From Cetorhinus maximus (Eukaryota): a stretch of DNA of 64,000 nt. Of the stretch, positions 25,393 to 37,862 are shown one piece after another (positions within the stretch are counted from its first letter, which is position 1; each line of letters starts with the position of its first letter). The notes beneath the pieces were generated by a model that searched no databases, was not told where the DNA came from, and saw only the letters and a list, made by a program, of their open reading frames with translations. The position numbers were made by a program, and so were the translations under genes. The DNA is taken from assembly GCF_964194155.1 (NCBI RefSeq), contig NC_135892.1, positions 52,328,001-52,392,000 on the forward strand, read 5' to 3'.

Positions 25393-25620
25393 TCAAGAAT
25401 TGTACCATCTACTGCAAAAATGCCTGAAGCTGTCATGTAGCATAGGTCTGACACATCCAATGATCAACTGTGAACTGAAATGTGGCTCTACCTCCTCGCA
25501 GGCAGGATTATTTGCTGACCGACGGAGAGGATGCAATGATTGTGACAGTACCACCCCCATTTCAGGCATCATTAGATCGGGGCTGGGTGCACTGTTGATC
25601 TTGAAGCACCTGATTGCACT
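25393..25620 (-). pseudogene. Putative LamG2-end/EGF segment of the cadherin remnant
   Basis: IRCFKINSAPSP...SANNPACEEV...GCVRP...HFC resembles the recalled type-III cadherin DIRLxGxxLP...SNxPC...CVDLW..C. Confidence 0.35.
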
Positions 25621-26354
25621 TTGGTTCCCATTGCTTTCATTTTTACATATCACTATTAGTTCTTTTTAGAAGGAGCATGCAGGTGCAGGTTTTGAGGGGA
25701 GGGTTTGAGAAGAGGAATTGTTTTTTCTTACTGCATTTTATCTGTCTCAAAACAGATAATAACTCAAAGGGTAATGCACCCCATCCGATTATATCCTCCA
25801 AGCCAGAGTCATTCTTAACACAGGTCAAGGTTGAAATTGGGATCTTTCTGGCTTAAATATCCCAATACTGTGTGAGCGCATTTGGACATTGAGGCATCTA
25901 GGGAACTCTATTTCTTTATTAATTGCAAAACATTTCTTCATAAGCATGATCTGGGATTTCTGTTCTTGCAATCCTATAATAGTCAACAGATAATTTAAAA
26001 TTGCTCCTTTGTACTAAAAGTTTGAACATTCAGTAATCTAAATTAAGCAGTGTAAATAAGATAGCACAGTGAGAATTTAGTGTTAAAAAGCATTATCAGT
26101 TCATTAAAAAAATAACTTTGAATTCAGCAGAACAGACTCAATTATGTCCTATTTTTAATATATCAGAAAACAGGATTCTTGTAATGGAATAGCTATGATA
26201 ACAAACTTGCAAACCCGAAGTAATAAACTGAAAATTCACTATACAAAGTCGAATTCAGTGCATCTGGTAGTTTTAATGATGTATATGGACAATTTTATGT
26301 CTATCATCTGAACATTTTTGTATCACGGTTAGCCAATTAAATCTTTTTCTTTAA

Positions 26355-26645
26355 TCATTAAGATTTAAAGTGATTGGCAAAAGAAACAACGGCGACATGA
26401 GGGGAAAAAATTTATGCAGTGAACGGTTAGGATCTGGAATGCACCGCCTGTGAGTGTGGCGGAGTCAGATTCAATCGTGGCTTTCAAAAGGAAGTTGGAT
26501 AATTATCTGAAGGGAAAGAATTTGTAGGGTGAAGGGGAAAAGGAGGGGGAGTGGGACTAGATGAATTCCTCCTGCAGAAAGCCAGCACAGACATGACTGG
26601 CTGAATGGCCTCCTTCTGTGCTATTATCTATTCTATGTTTCTAAA
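26355..26645 (+). mobile_element. CR1 LINE 3' end
   Basis: tttaaagtgattggcaaaaga...ggctgaatggcctccttctgtgct...ttctatg tail. Confidence 0.85.
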
Positions 26646-27337
26646 CAACGTAATTGGTATCTCAGTCTTGTAGCAATGACCATAATACACAATATGAATG
26701 TAGGACTGCAATAGTGAGTAACTATGCACTTACATGCAGAGCTGCTTTAAAACAAATCTATCTGAAACCACCAATAACTTTCTATTTAGCACATCAGTAA
26801 AACATATTAAGAAGACACCAATTCTCATAAATTTGATCCACTACACAGAACTTTAAAAAATCTACACCATTTGTGCTAGTGCCAAATTATAGTCAGAGGT
26901 ATGTAAATAATATTTACAGATTATTCTGCTTCTTCAGTTCCCCTATTGCACTACACACTGTATGCTGGCACATGACTGTCATCTGGCAGTGAGCAATGCA
27001 AATAATCCTGCTCAAAAATTATTCAACTGTGAGTGATTGTACAGAGGAAGACCCTTACTGCTTCTTTCTATCCTAATTTACCAGAAAATGAATGTATTTT
27101 AATTTCCTGCCAAAATGAACCACTATTCCGTATTTATCCTGTTTTGCTTTTCCTTTGTACCGAGGCCCATAAGGATGCAGTACTATGCTGCCCTATTCCA
27201 TCTGTCTGTATATTGTTGTCTGTTGTCAATGCTGAATATCTTGTCACATCATTAAATCAGTTTGCCAACTCACTTCATTTAGGTAAAATAATAAAAAAAA
27301 ATATTCATTTTGTCTTTCTTAATTGCTTTAAATGTAC

Positions 27338-28236
27338 CTAAAGTGAGGAATACAGTTTTTTTTCCATGTTAGATGCACTATAGTACAATGTTTCTGAGCC
27401 AATTAAAATCCGAATTATAAAAGATGTATTGCAACTCTGATCTCCTGTTTGTCCCACTGCAGCATCATTTCTGCGAGTTTGCTTTCTTTCAACTGAATTC
27501 AGGAACAAAGTGATGTAAATTTAGCCAGTGAAGGTCCATTTCAAAAATAAAAGCGTTGGCTCAGTTTAGAGCAGTCTGTTACTAACTCAGATGTTGTGTT
27601 AAAAATTGGAAATGCACAGAGGAACTATTTGTCTGACTGCTTGCATCTATTTTATTTATTCTATACTTTCTTCTGGAACCAGAGCAACAGAGGTAGCTCA
27701 TGTAAGTTTTTTTTATATATATATAAACCGTGATGAGAGAAGAAGCATACATTCCCCACTTCCATTGATTTTATGTGTGTATCGTTGTGCGCCAATGCAA
27801 GGGAAAAATAATTCGTTTTTGCCGAAAGTGACGATGGAATATCCAGTTTCTTTCAATCTACTGCTCAGCAAAGGTGCAGATAGTGCACAAATAGTTCATT
27901 CATTTAAAGCTAATTTTCTGCCATTTTTTCGAATGCTATAGGAATGCACAACTTCACTATGTGTGCTTTCTTTAAACTCAGGTGTATTGAGTGCATTAAT
28001 ACTAGTGAGTAATCGAGTATATCAGTAACAGTGCTGGTCAAATATCTTAATATTCACTTAAAAAATACATTTTAAGCCAACCCAGTTGCTAGGTATGCAA
28101 TTTCTGGGTGAAGTAGAGCAACAGTGCATGAGGCGCTATCCAAATCTACTAATGAAGATCTTTGCCTTGTAATAGTATCTAGGAGAAGTGGACAGTGCCT
28201 CCCAAACTGTTTTCCAATGTGACCCCATTTTAATAC
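27338..28236 (-). pseudogene. Putative LamG1-end, EGF and LamG2-start segments
   Basis: VDLDSASCTVALLHP..YL (28236-28072); SGECM (~27750); DCSKLSQRFYF*NGPS..TRRND..GDQ..FIIRI (27600-27338) with stops and frameshift. Confidence 0.4.
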
Positions 28237-28529
28237 CTGAAGATTAATGTGACCACAGACGCCAGCAATAAAGCAGCGCATTAATATGCAATATACAATT
28301 ATTAAAGCTTGCATATTATAGAGCAACATATAATAAAATATAATTTAATTTAGATCAACTTATAACATCATATAAATATGACAATCTGTGCTTTAAAGCA
28401 CCTTGTAAAAATGTTATAATTTTATGAACTCATGTAGGTTGCAGCCCAGCTCCACATTCCCTGGTTACAGAGGACTCATTGAAGCCCCCTCCCCCATTTC
28501 CACAGACTCATTGAAATCAGCCCCCACGA

Positions 28530-28567
28530 TACACACATACACACACACACATACACACATACACACA

Positions 28568-28598
<31 letters not shown>

Positions 28599-28660
28599 CA
28601 CATACACACATAAACACAACACACATACACACATTCAGACCACAAACACACACACACACC
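28530..28660. repeat. Imperfect (CA)n microsatellite
   Basis: Long cacacaca tract. Confidence 0.95.
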
Positions 28661-29548
28661 CCTCTTCCCAACACTCATACAGTAGCACCCCTTCTCAATC
28701 CCTTCCCCACATGCACTTACTCAACATCCTTTCTTTCCAACTTGCCTCCCCCCACTTACTCACACAGGAGCCCCTCTTGACAATCCCCTCCACCTCAGTC
28801 ACTCACTCACTCAGCAGCCCCTCTTACCAACCCCCTTTCCCTACTCACTCACTCACCAGCCCCTCTCTCCTTCCATGCTGTTGGTCAAGTTGCCCGTGCC
28901 TGTGAAGCAGGGTTGCTATCTGTGGGTAAGGACTCTGTACAGCAGGTAGACAGGAGCAGAAACAGAAACAAGTTTGAAGCCACCACTCACCTTCCCTGCT
29001 CAGGATGTGACCTCCCTGTTTTTCCTGCACTCAGGCAGTGACTGTGTTACACTTGTGGGCCTCTAGCTTCACCAAGTTGGCACACAAACATCCTGGGCCA
29101 ACTCATACTCACCGCTAGTGTTGCTTTCTGAAGTTAAAAAGCACTTTCGGCTCAACATCCACCCCGTGTTTTTTGGTGGAATTAATCAAGTGGGTCCAGG
29201 GTTGCAAAGCCAGAGCCTTCAGACTGAGTCATCTCCTCACCACAGTCACCATTGCTGCTCGGGAGAGGGGCAACTTGTGACTCCAAATGTGACCTCTGCA
29301 ACCCTATTGGAGGTCCTGTTCCACTGTTTGGGAATCCCTGATAGACCCTATGGTGTTTATCAATAACTAGTGTGTAATTCTGGAATGGAAGACTTAAGTT
29401 GGAGCAGTGAACACGGGCTCACAGACCTGGGAAGAGCAGAAGATTATAAGTAAAAAAAAATAAAATGCCAACTGGCTAGTTTGAATGAGTATGAATAAAC
29501 AGGCTTTCATATAATTAGAGTGCTACATGAAGCAATATAAGCCAACTA

Positions 29549-32500
29549 TGTATTATAAAGGGTTAATTGCCATTATGCTAATAGCTAGAGTGTGACATCA
29601 GTGAAGTCAAATCACATGTAACTGGAATCCGAAGGAATAAGGTTCTAATGGGTTCCTGTTAAAGTCTGCCTCTGTAAACAGTGTAAATAGTCAAGAAATG
29701 TTCATTAGTTTGCCACAACATGGTTTCCACTCTCTTCTATCAAAGGCACCCAGTGTCCAGTTGCAATAATAATACATGGCGGCAGCGTTCTGTGAATCTT
29801 TCACTCAGGATCCCAGTTGACGCTGGTAAAGGTGAGAAAGCGAAGGCTGTCAGCCCGGCAGACAATGCTTGAGAAACAGCAATCAGAGCAAATAATCACT
29901 ACCAGAGTCCCGAGACAGCTCACTACAAGTGCATAGGATTATGGAGAAAGTCTTACCTCTGCCTGAGGCCCTGGACCTCGTAGAGGGCCTCGGCCAAGCT
30001 GGACCCTGGAGAAACTGGCATCCCCCATTGAACTGATGCTGGGCTATGTGCAGATTCACTCAGAAATCAGATAAGGACCAGGTCAGTATTATCCGTTATG
30101 CAATTGGTAGCTGTGTTCATGGCAACCTAAGAAGGCAGGGCTCAACGAGGAAACTGCTAAATATGAAAAGGTTATCAAGGCCTTCGATTTCTACTTTAGT
30201 CTATGATGCAATACTATAATGGACCGGACAAAATTCAACCGGCGCAGCCAAAAACCTGGAGAGAATATTGATTGCATTATAAACAACCTGTATAGCTTAG
30301 CAGATAACTGTGAATATGGGACATTGTGAGATAAGCTCATCAGAGACGACATTGTGGTGGGGCTGGTCAATGAAGCATTGTCAGAACTCTTGTAGTCTGG
30401 AGAAAATCTCAATTTGTCCAGGATAGTATAGTTAGCAATGCAGGCTGAACGTCACAAGCAAAACAGGCTATTCACCCGGGGTTATAGGGAATCTTCTTGG
30501 AGGCAGACCACCGACTCCTTCCAGTTTGTGAGCCATAGGGCTATCAGTGCGCCTGCCAGAAAACCGAGCCAGTATGAAGAGGGCATGGTCGCCGCCATTA
30601 TTCCATGTCTGCGTTGTGATGGGAACAAACCTGATCAGCAGAAAGATGCCAAGCCATTAGTGCCGAGTGCCACTCCTGCCACAACAGGGGGCATTTTAAA
30701 ATGGTATGCTGCAGCAGCAGGAAACATTTTCAAGTCAAAAATTTTAAGATAGACAATTCGAATCTGCAAATGCCCAAGAATTAATTGATACTGAAAAACT
30801 GGATGTATTCTTCCTAGGTGAAGTGGCAGAGCCACAAGAGTATTTCTGGTATGCAGATATCATGGTTAATGGCAAGAAGGTGAATTTTAAACTGGACACT
30901 GGAGCATTCTTTCCATTATCACACCATGGCTGAAGTCTGAATTTCTCCAGCTTTCTACCATTCAACTTCACAGTGCAGGAAGGTGAGAGGAGAGATGATT
31001 GCTACATTTCATTATAATGATATAGAGCTCACCAATACTCTATATGGCATTCCTAAATCAACACTAGCAGAGAAGCTTGTTAAGCTTTGCATCTTCTTTA
31101 TTCACCAATTGCAGAAGAAACTCAAGTTGACTCAGAACACTGTGAATCAGTCTTCATAGACAAAACTCCATCCCTAGAACCACAGGAGGAAAGCGTAGAT
31201 CTTGCATTTCTCTTTGAGGAGAGGCTACATGAAACTGTAGATAGATACACCAAGGTTGAAGGTGACCAGCCACAAGATGACATTCGAGACCTTAACTTTC
31301 TCTTTCAGGAAAGAATTGGAGAGTATGATAACCAAGATACCATTAATATCAATAAGGCAGGAGAAGAGAGGCGATACTGAACCTTGCTTTACTTTTTGAA
31401 GACAGCATAGATGATGACGATGATAGCCCAGATACCTCTGCTGAGGCGGATCAGCATATTATTGAAGATGGTGATAAAGATGCATACCTGTCTGTTCATT
31501 CTGCTGAAGACACCAATGATATACAGCAACAACCTGATGCAGCAACTCTTTTGCACAATAGAGAACCGAGACCAGAAGTTTACTGTTGCGACTGTAACCG
31601 TTGTAGAACAAATCCCTGCTAGTATTAAATCTGAAGTTAAATCTGAAGATCAAAAGGCTACAGAGGTGCTTTCTACAGATCTTACTAACCACCATAGGCA
31701 TACAAGAAAGTGTAATTTCTCTGCCTCTGCATGTTTCTTTCACTGCTGATGTGGGTGACAGCATACGCTCTGATAAAGTTCCAGAGATGTTCATGCCTGC
31801 TAAGGAGCAAACTCACACAGAAGAGAGTGTGCAAATTGAGCCACTACCTACAGAAAAGGAAATTCCTACAGTATTAGCAGGACAATCATAATTTTTTCTT
31901 CCGAATATTCTTTGTCCTCCTCTTTGTCTATCTGATTTGCTCATTACATAATATTTTGTTTGTTGCAGAAATAGACGTCTGTAGACCCTATACAACTGTA
32001 TAGATCTTCACAGGAGCTGAATGAGATTCATTTTTTCAAGTAGGAGCAGCCAGCCGTCCAACCTTTCCCCAGAATACCAAGAAGAAGCGAAAGAAAAGAG
32101 AGAAAAAAAATGAAAATCCCTGTACATCACCTTTATACTGAGGGGGCAGAAGCAGAAATCTGTTTCTGCAGAGGTCGGTGCCTTCCAAAGAGAAGCTTAT
32201 GGAGAGCTTATGTCTCATACACATCCTGAAAGTGAGTCAAGAACACAGTTGGAGATTGACTGGCACAAGAGACAGTGAGGGGTGGAGGAGGGTAGGAGTA
32301 GGATGAATGTGTAAACAGTTAATGTTAATGAGTAGAACAGAAGAATTAGGGTGAGGTGTAGTATAAAGGGTTAATAGCTATTATGCTAATAGCTATGGTG
32401 CATCATCAGTGATGTCAGATCACATGGAATTGGACCCGGAGGGAAGAAGGTTCTAATGGAGTCCTGCTAAAGTCCGTCTCCGTAAAAGTGTAAGTTGTCA

Positions 32501-32974
32501 AGAAACGTTCACTAGTTTGCTAAAGCATAGTTTCCAGCTCTCTTCTAACAAAGGCACCCAGAGCCCAGTTTTGAGGTGGTGGCATAGTGGTAACACCACT
32601 GGACTGGTAATCAAGACCCTCAGGGCAATGCTTGGGGACATGGGTTAAAATCTCACCAAAGCAGCTGGTGGAATTTAATCTCAATTAATAAATCTGGAAA
32701 GCTGGTCCCAGTCATGGTCACCATGAAACTATAATTAATTGTTGTAAAAACCTGTCTAGTTCACTAATGTCCTTTAAGGAAGGAAATCTGCCATCCTTAC
32801 CTGGTCTGGCCTACATGTGACTCCAGGCCCACAGCAATGTGGTTGACTCTTAATCCCCTGAAATGTCCTAGCAAGCCACTCAGCTCAAGGGCGATTAGGG
32901 ATGAGCAACAAATGCTGATCTTGCCAGGGACATCCACATCCCATGAAAGGAAAAAAAATAAATTAAAAATATCA
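29549..32974 (+). mobile_element. Non-autonomous Gypsy-type LTR element (gag + protease, no RT/IN recognised)
   Basis: LTRs 29549-29776 and 32357-~32974 (the second split by a SINE), PBS tggcggcagcg, gag (KFNRRSQKPGE...CEYG..LIRDDIVVG), protease FKLDTGA ~30890, TSD acta/acca. Confidence 0.85.
32573..32960 (+). mobile_element. tRNA-derived SINE inserted in the 3' LTR
   Basis: Same family as 4441-4781; tggcatagtggt head and A-rich tail. Confidence 0.85.
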
Positions 32975-34944
32975 ACCATGTTTACTTCAGTAGCTTGCTA
33001 AAGTTAACATGAGACTGATCCAGAAACCTGCTGGGATTGCAACACATAAGGAAGTATTGAAAATTGTTGAGAGGTAGTGCAGCAAGCCATAAAAGCACAA
33101 TTGAGAAAATTGCACATGAAAAATACTTCAGACCAATTATAATTATTTAAATCTACAGGTGATAACTCTAACGTATTCAGCCAGTTCTCAAGCAATCTGT
33201 TGTCAAGGTGCTTTACATTCAGGTTAGCCATAAATTTATGCTGTGCCTAAAACACAGAACACAAGATAACTGCTCATTCAGATTGTCCTTTTTGCAGAAG
33301 GCTCCTTAAAGCAGGAAGCACCAAGGCCAAAGTGACAATGGGCACAGTGTGTGAAACCATGTTGAAGAAGTTATAACAGATGCTATAGAGTGAGAAGCCA
33401 TGCAGGCTGGGTAGCATGCAATTATTAAAGAACTGCAGGGCAAAGGCCTGATGCTTGAAGTGATTGGTGGCTGGCTCCAACACAGGCACGTAGTGTAGGT
33501 GCATCAGAGCAAGTGTTTTACTCTCAAATCACTGCCAGTCCTTTTCCAGAAAGGGCCTCTGCAAAAGTGATCAGAGAAGCCACAATCCAAGTAACTGAGA
33601 CCGGGCTTGCTACTCTGGCACGCAGAAGGATCATCCAGGATTGCAACATGTCAAAGTAAGGGTTCTCAAGAAGACAGCTGCTTTCATTAGTACATCACTC
33701 ATAAATAAAACACTAGAAAGACCATTTCACACAAGAACATGGAATACAAAAGGAAAACACAGCTGCTTATCAGATTAAACACTTCAATACTGTTGAAATG
33801 AGGACACAGCACATCTTTTTAAACTTTCTGGACTTGTTTTATTTCAAAATTGATGTTTTCCAGACAAAGATCTGTAATAAAGAAAGCTTCATTTAATGGA
33901 AGGGAAGATCAAATCATTAAAAAATTTCCTTTAGATGAGTTAAGGCAGGCACTAAAATAATGACCAAAGGATTCATACTAATATGGTAACACATTTATTA
34001 CAAATATCATTGAGGGTAACTTCATCCAAAAAGTTTCTGCACTTTAACATTTAGCTAATGTACAAGTTAGCTGTAATATGGAGGAATTTAACTTCTCCAG
34101 TTCATGTTCACATACAAAATAATGAGGATGGTATGTCAATTTATCAGATCAGGATTAGCTTTAACTATCGCCTATAGGTTCTATAGCTGTGAACTTAACA
34201 TACCTGTAGGCTCATTTAATTTCAGTTCGCATTTGTCTTTCTTTGCTCCCAGCTTTTCAGCGAACAGCTTTTCCTGTTTCATCTTAGTTTCCTTCCTGCT
34301 TGTGTCTCTCCATCTGCTCCCAGCCCACTTTCTTTCTGTTTCTGTTCCAAGCCACTTCATTTAACTACCAACAGGATTTTCTTCACTTTGGTGCTGACCT
34401 CTCCAGCCATCCAAGCATGCACCTGAAGTGGCTTTAGCCTTGGTTTGGAGCTGGGATTTTGGATAGCAATCAAGCAGTGAGGGCAATAAAGCATCACCGA
34501 TGTGGAACTTAAAGCCCATAGTTTAACTTAAAAAAATGAGATGGTTCAATCTAGCTGCCACTGTGGCATTGGTGAACGCAGCACAGTATGGTGTGATATT
34601 CATAGCAAAAGTTGACAGATTTTATTGATAATTCTCCAATATTACACAAGATGGATGCATACATTTGGCACATAGCAGCACATTACAGGTCACATGTGGA
34701 AAAGAAAAGCAAGATGTAACTGCAGTTATAAATGGGAAGGTGGGAGAAAAATACCAAACTGAAGGGAAAAAAAACGGGTCTTTCCTTTGATTTCATTTGT
34801 CCGTGATTATTTTTGCCCAGTGTTATCTTTTCTTCTATTCCTTCTTAGACTTCTTTCCTACTTTGGATAACATTATTTAACGCACTAAAATAGCATTATT
34901 AGGTTATTTTTCCTTGATTTTAATACGTATTTTGGCCCATAGGG

Positions 34945-35960
34945 GAGGTGGCGATGTAATGGTAATGTCACTGGACTAGTATTCCGGAGGTTCAGGCTTT
35001 GGGGACGCAGCTGATGGAATTTAAATTCAGTTAACAAATCTGGAATTAAAAGCTAGTTTCCGGTAACGGGGACCATGAAATCATTGTTGATTGTCATAAA
35101 AACACATTTGGTTCACTAATGCCCTTTACCTGGTCTGGCCTGCATGTGATTCCAGGTCCATAGCAAAGTAAGCCACTGAGTTGTATCAAACCTACTATGA
35201 AGCCAAAAGAAGGAATGAAACTGGATGGACAGCCCAGCATCGACCTAGTCAACAGAAATGACAATGACAAACCAAGTGCTGTCGGCCCTGCAAAGTCCTG
35301 CTTACTAACATCTGGGGGTTTGTGCCAAAACTGGGAGAGCTGTCTCCTAGACTGGTCAAGCAACAGCCCGACATAGTTATACTCACGGAATCATACCTTA
35401 CGGACAATATCCCAGACACCACCAACACCATCCCTGGATATATCCTGTCCCACCAGCAGGACAGAACCACCAGAGGTGGCAGCACAGTTGTATACAGTTG
35501 GGAAGGAGTTGCCATGGGAGTCCTCAACATTGAATCTGAACCCCATAAAGTCTCCTGGCATCAGGTCAAATGTGGGCAAGGAAACCTCCTGCTGATTACC
35601 ACCTACTGCACTCCCCTCCCTCCCTCAGCTGATGAATCAGTACTCCTCCATGTTGAACCCATTTGGAAGAAGCACTAAGGTTGGCAAGGGTCCAGCATGT
35701 ACTTTGGGTGGAGTCTTCAATGTCCATCACCCAGAATGACTCAGTAGAACTAATAATAACTGAGCTGGCCAAGTCCTAAAGGACATAGCTGCTAGACTGG
35801 GTCTGCAGCGGGTGATGAAGGAACCAACAAGAGGGAATAAGCCTGTTGACCTCATCCTCATCAATTTACCTGACGCAGATACATCTGTCCATGACAGTAT
35901 TGGCAGGAATGACCACCCTGGGTCATCCTTGTGGAGATAAAGTCCCGCCTTCACATTGAA
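34945..35960 (+). mobile_element. LINE 5' portion: tRNA-like head joined to an APE endonuclease ORF
   Basis: SINE-like head 34945-35165 runs into NIWGFVPKLGELSPRLVKQQPDIVILTESYL...DRTTRGGSTVVY...; terminal GRNDH (SDH) motif ~35900. Confidence 0.85.
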
Positions 35961-35965
35961 GGCAC

Positions 35966-36708
35966 TGTTATGAGGCTATGCCCCTTAGTTTTGAAATATG
36001 ATTTTTCAACTAAATGGAAATTTTGCAATTTGAAATGAACCTGAAGAAACTGCTTAAAAATGCAAGGCCACCTTCCAAGGTGATGGCAAAAAACAAACAA
36101 ATCACCCTCAGGGAAGTGCAAAGAGGGGGACTTTTCCTACAACTCAGAGATCCATCAAAACTCATCATTGTCTAAGGAAGAGACATTAAAATGCAAAGTG
36201 CCCGATATTGAAACAATGGCTGCCAGTCAGACTCTTGGAAATACCCAATGGGTGGAGTATTTCAAGGCTAGGCTGCAGCCACTGTAGAGCGATTGCAAGA
36301 AAGGCTTCAGCAGAAGATACAGACCCCCTTCTCTTTTTTGAAACAAGTGTTCGGAAACCAACTTTACTCAAAGCCTACCAGTGAACCGAGATCTACTAAT
36401 AATTACAACATCTACATTTGATCACATCCACAAAACCAGCTAATCCAAATCAATCGTAATGTTTACAAATCTACACAGCTGTAATTAGCTTTGTGGTAAA
36501 ATAAAATACTTCATTAGTTGATTAGTTGGTACATTGTTTTTTACAATAATTTCATTCTGAAAGTGAAAAAATATTATTTCATTCAGGAAGTAGGGATCAA
36601 GGTCAAGAATGTAACTCCTAGGCAGAGGATGTTCTTTAAAATAGGAAATGGAAAACAGGAAATGCAAATACTTAATGGTCTCCAGGTCTCAGTGGTGCTC
36701 ATGTAGCA
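35966..36708. mobile_element. Probable solo LTR
   Basis: Starts tgttatga abruptly after the LINE and may end gtagca; flanks gcac/ggac (imperfect). Confidence 0.35.
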
Positions 36709-37862
36709 GGACACAGTCAATAAACTAATGAACGTTTGTGTGTACCATAGAACCATAGAAAAGTTACAGCACAGATGTAGGCGCCTGGGTGTGGGGTCAG
36801 TGAATCTGTGTAGGGTTTAGAGTGCACAGTGTGTGAGTGTGTAGGTGGGGGGACATGTACTTCGAGGACTAATTTGCAGAGTTATGGGGAAGAAGCTGGA
36901 ATGTGGGACTAAATTGGACAGCTCTTTAAGCTGGCTCAGGTATGATGGACCAAATGACCTCCTTCTGTGCTGTAGGATTCTATCATTCAGCATACATGTA
37001 GCCCTGTGCTGTAGCTTCACCAGGTTGGCACTGCATTTGTAGGTACATCTGGTGCTGCTCCTGGTGTGCTCTTCCATACTTCATTACACCAGGATTGGTC
37101 ATCTAGCTTGATATCATCAATTTCAAGACTGTAGTTCAGGCTTTCTTCTTCTTTACTTCCCTGGGCAGCACTTAGCTGTTCATTTCAGTCCATGATTTTC
37201 CATCCATAGCTCAGGTATTGGATTTCTGAGCTCACCACTCAGGGTTGAGGTGGTCTTAAACTTTCATCACCAGTTATGCCATGCCTGGAGCCATAGTAAT
37301 ATCAAAAAGACAATTCTTATCTCTCCCTCTTTTCTCCTCCCCTCCTCCCAAGAGGATAACTTATTAAAGAATTCACAAATGTAGATCAGAGACCTCACTA
37401 GGTAGACAGTAAGAACCAGGAAGTACTTAAAAGTGGCTTGATAGGCAGCATGTAATACCATTAAATGTATGAGTACATTATTGCTACTCTTTGGACTACA
37501 GCATGAATAATATCATACCACCAGTTAGAGATGTACAGCCCCAGCAGGAGCTGCCTGTCTTCGGCTCCTGGCTCAGCATGGTATGCCTCATTTCTGCTTT
37601 GCTCTCACGTTGGCACTGCAGAGGCTGGTTGCATGTGTGGATGCAACCAAACGAGTGCATATGGGAAGTCCTGAACGTGATGCTCAGGCACAGAGGAACC
37701 CATGTATCTTGCAAATAATCATTTTGCATAATCTATATCAATGACTTAGTTGAGGGAATAAATGGACTGTAATCAAGTTTGCTGGTGATACAAAGTTAAG
37801 TGAGAAAGTAAGCTGTGAGGAGGAAGCAAAGAGGCAGCAAAAAGACTTAGATGGGTTAAGTG

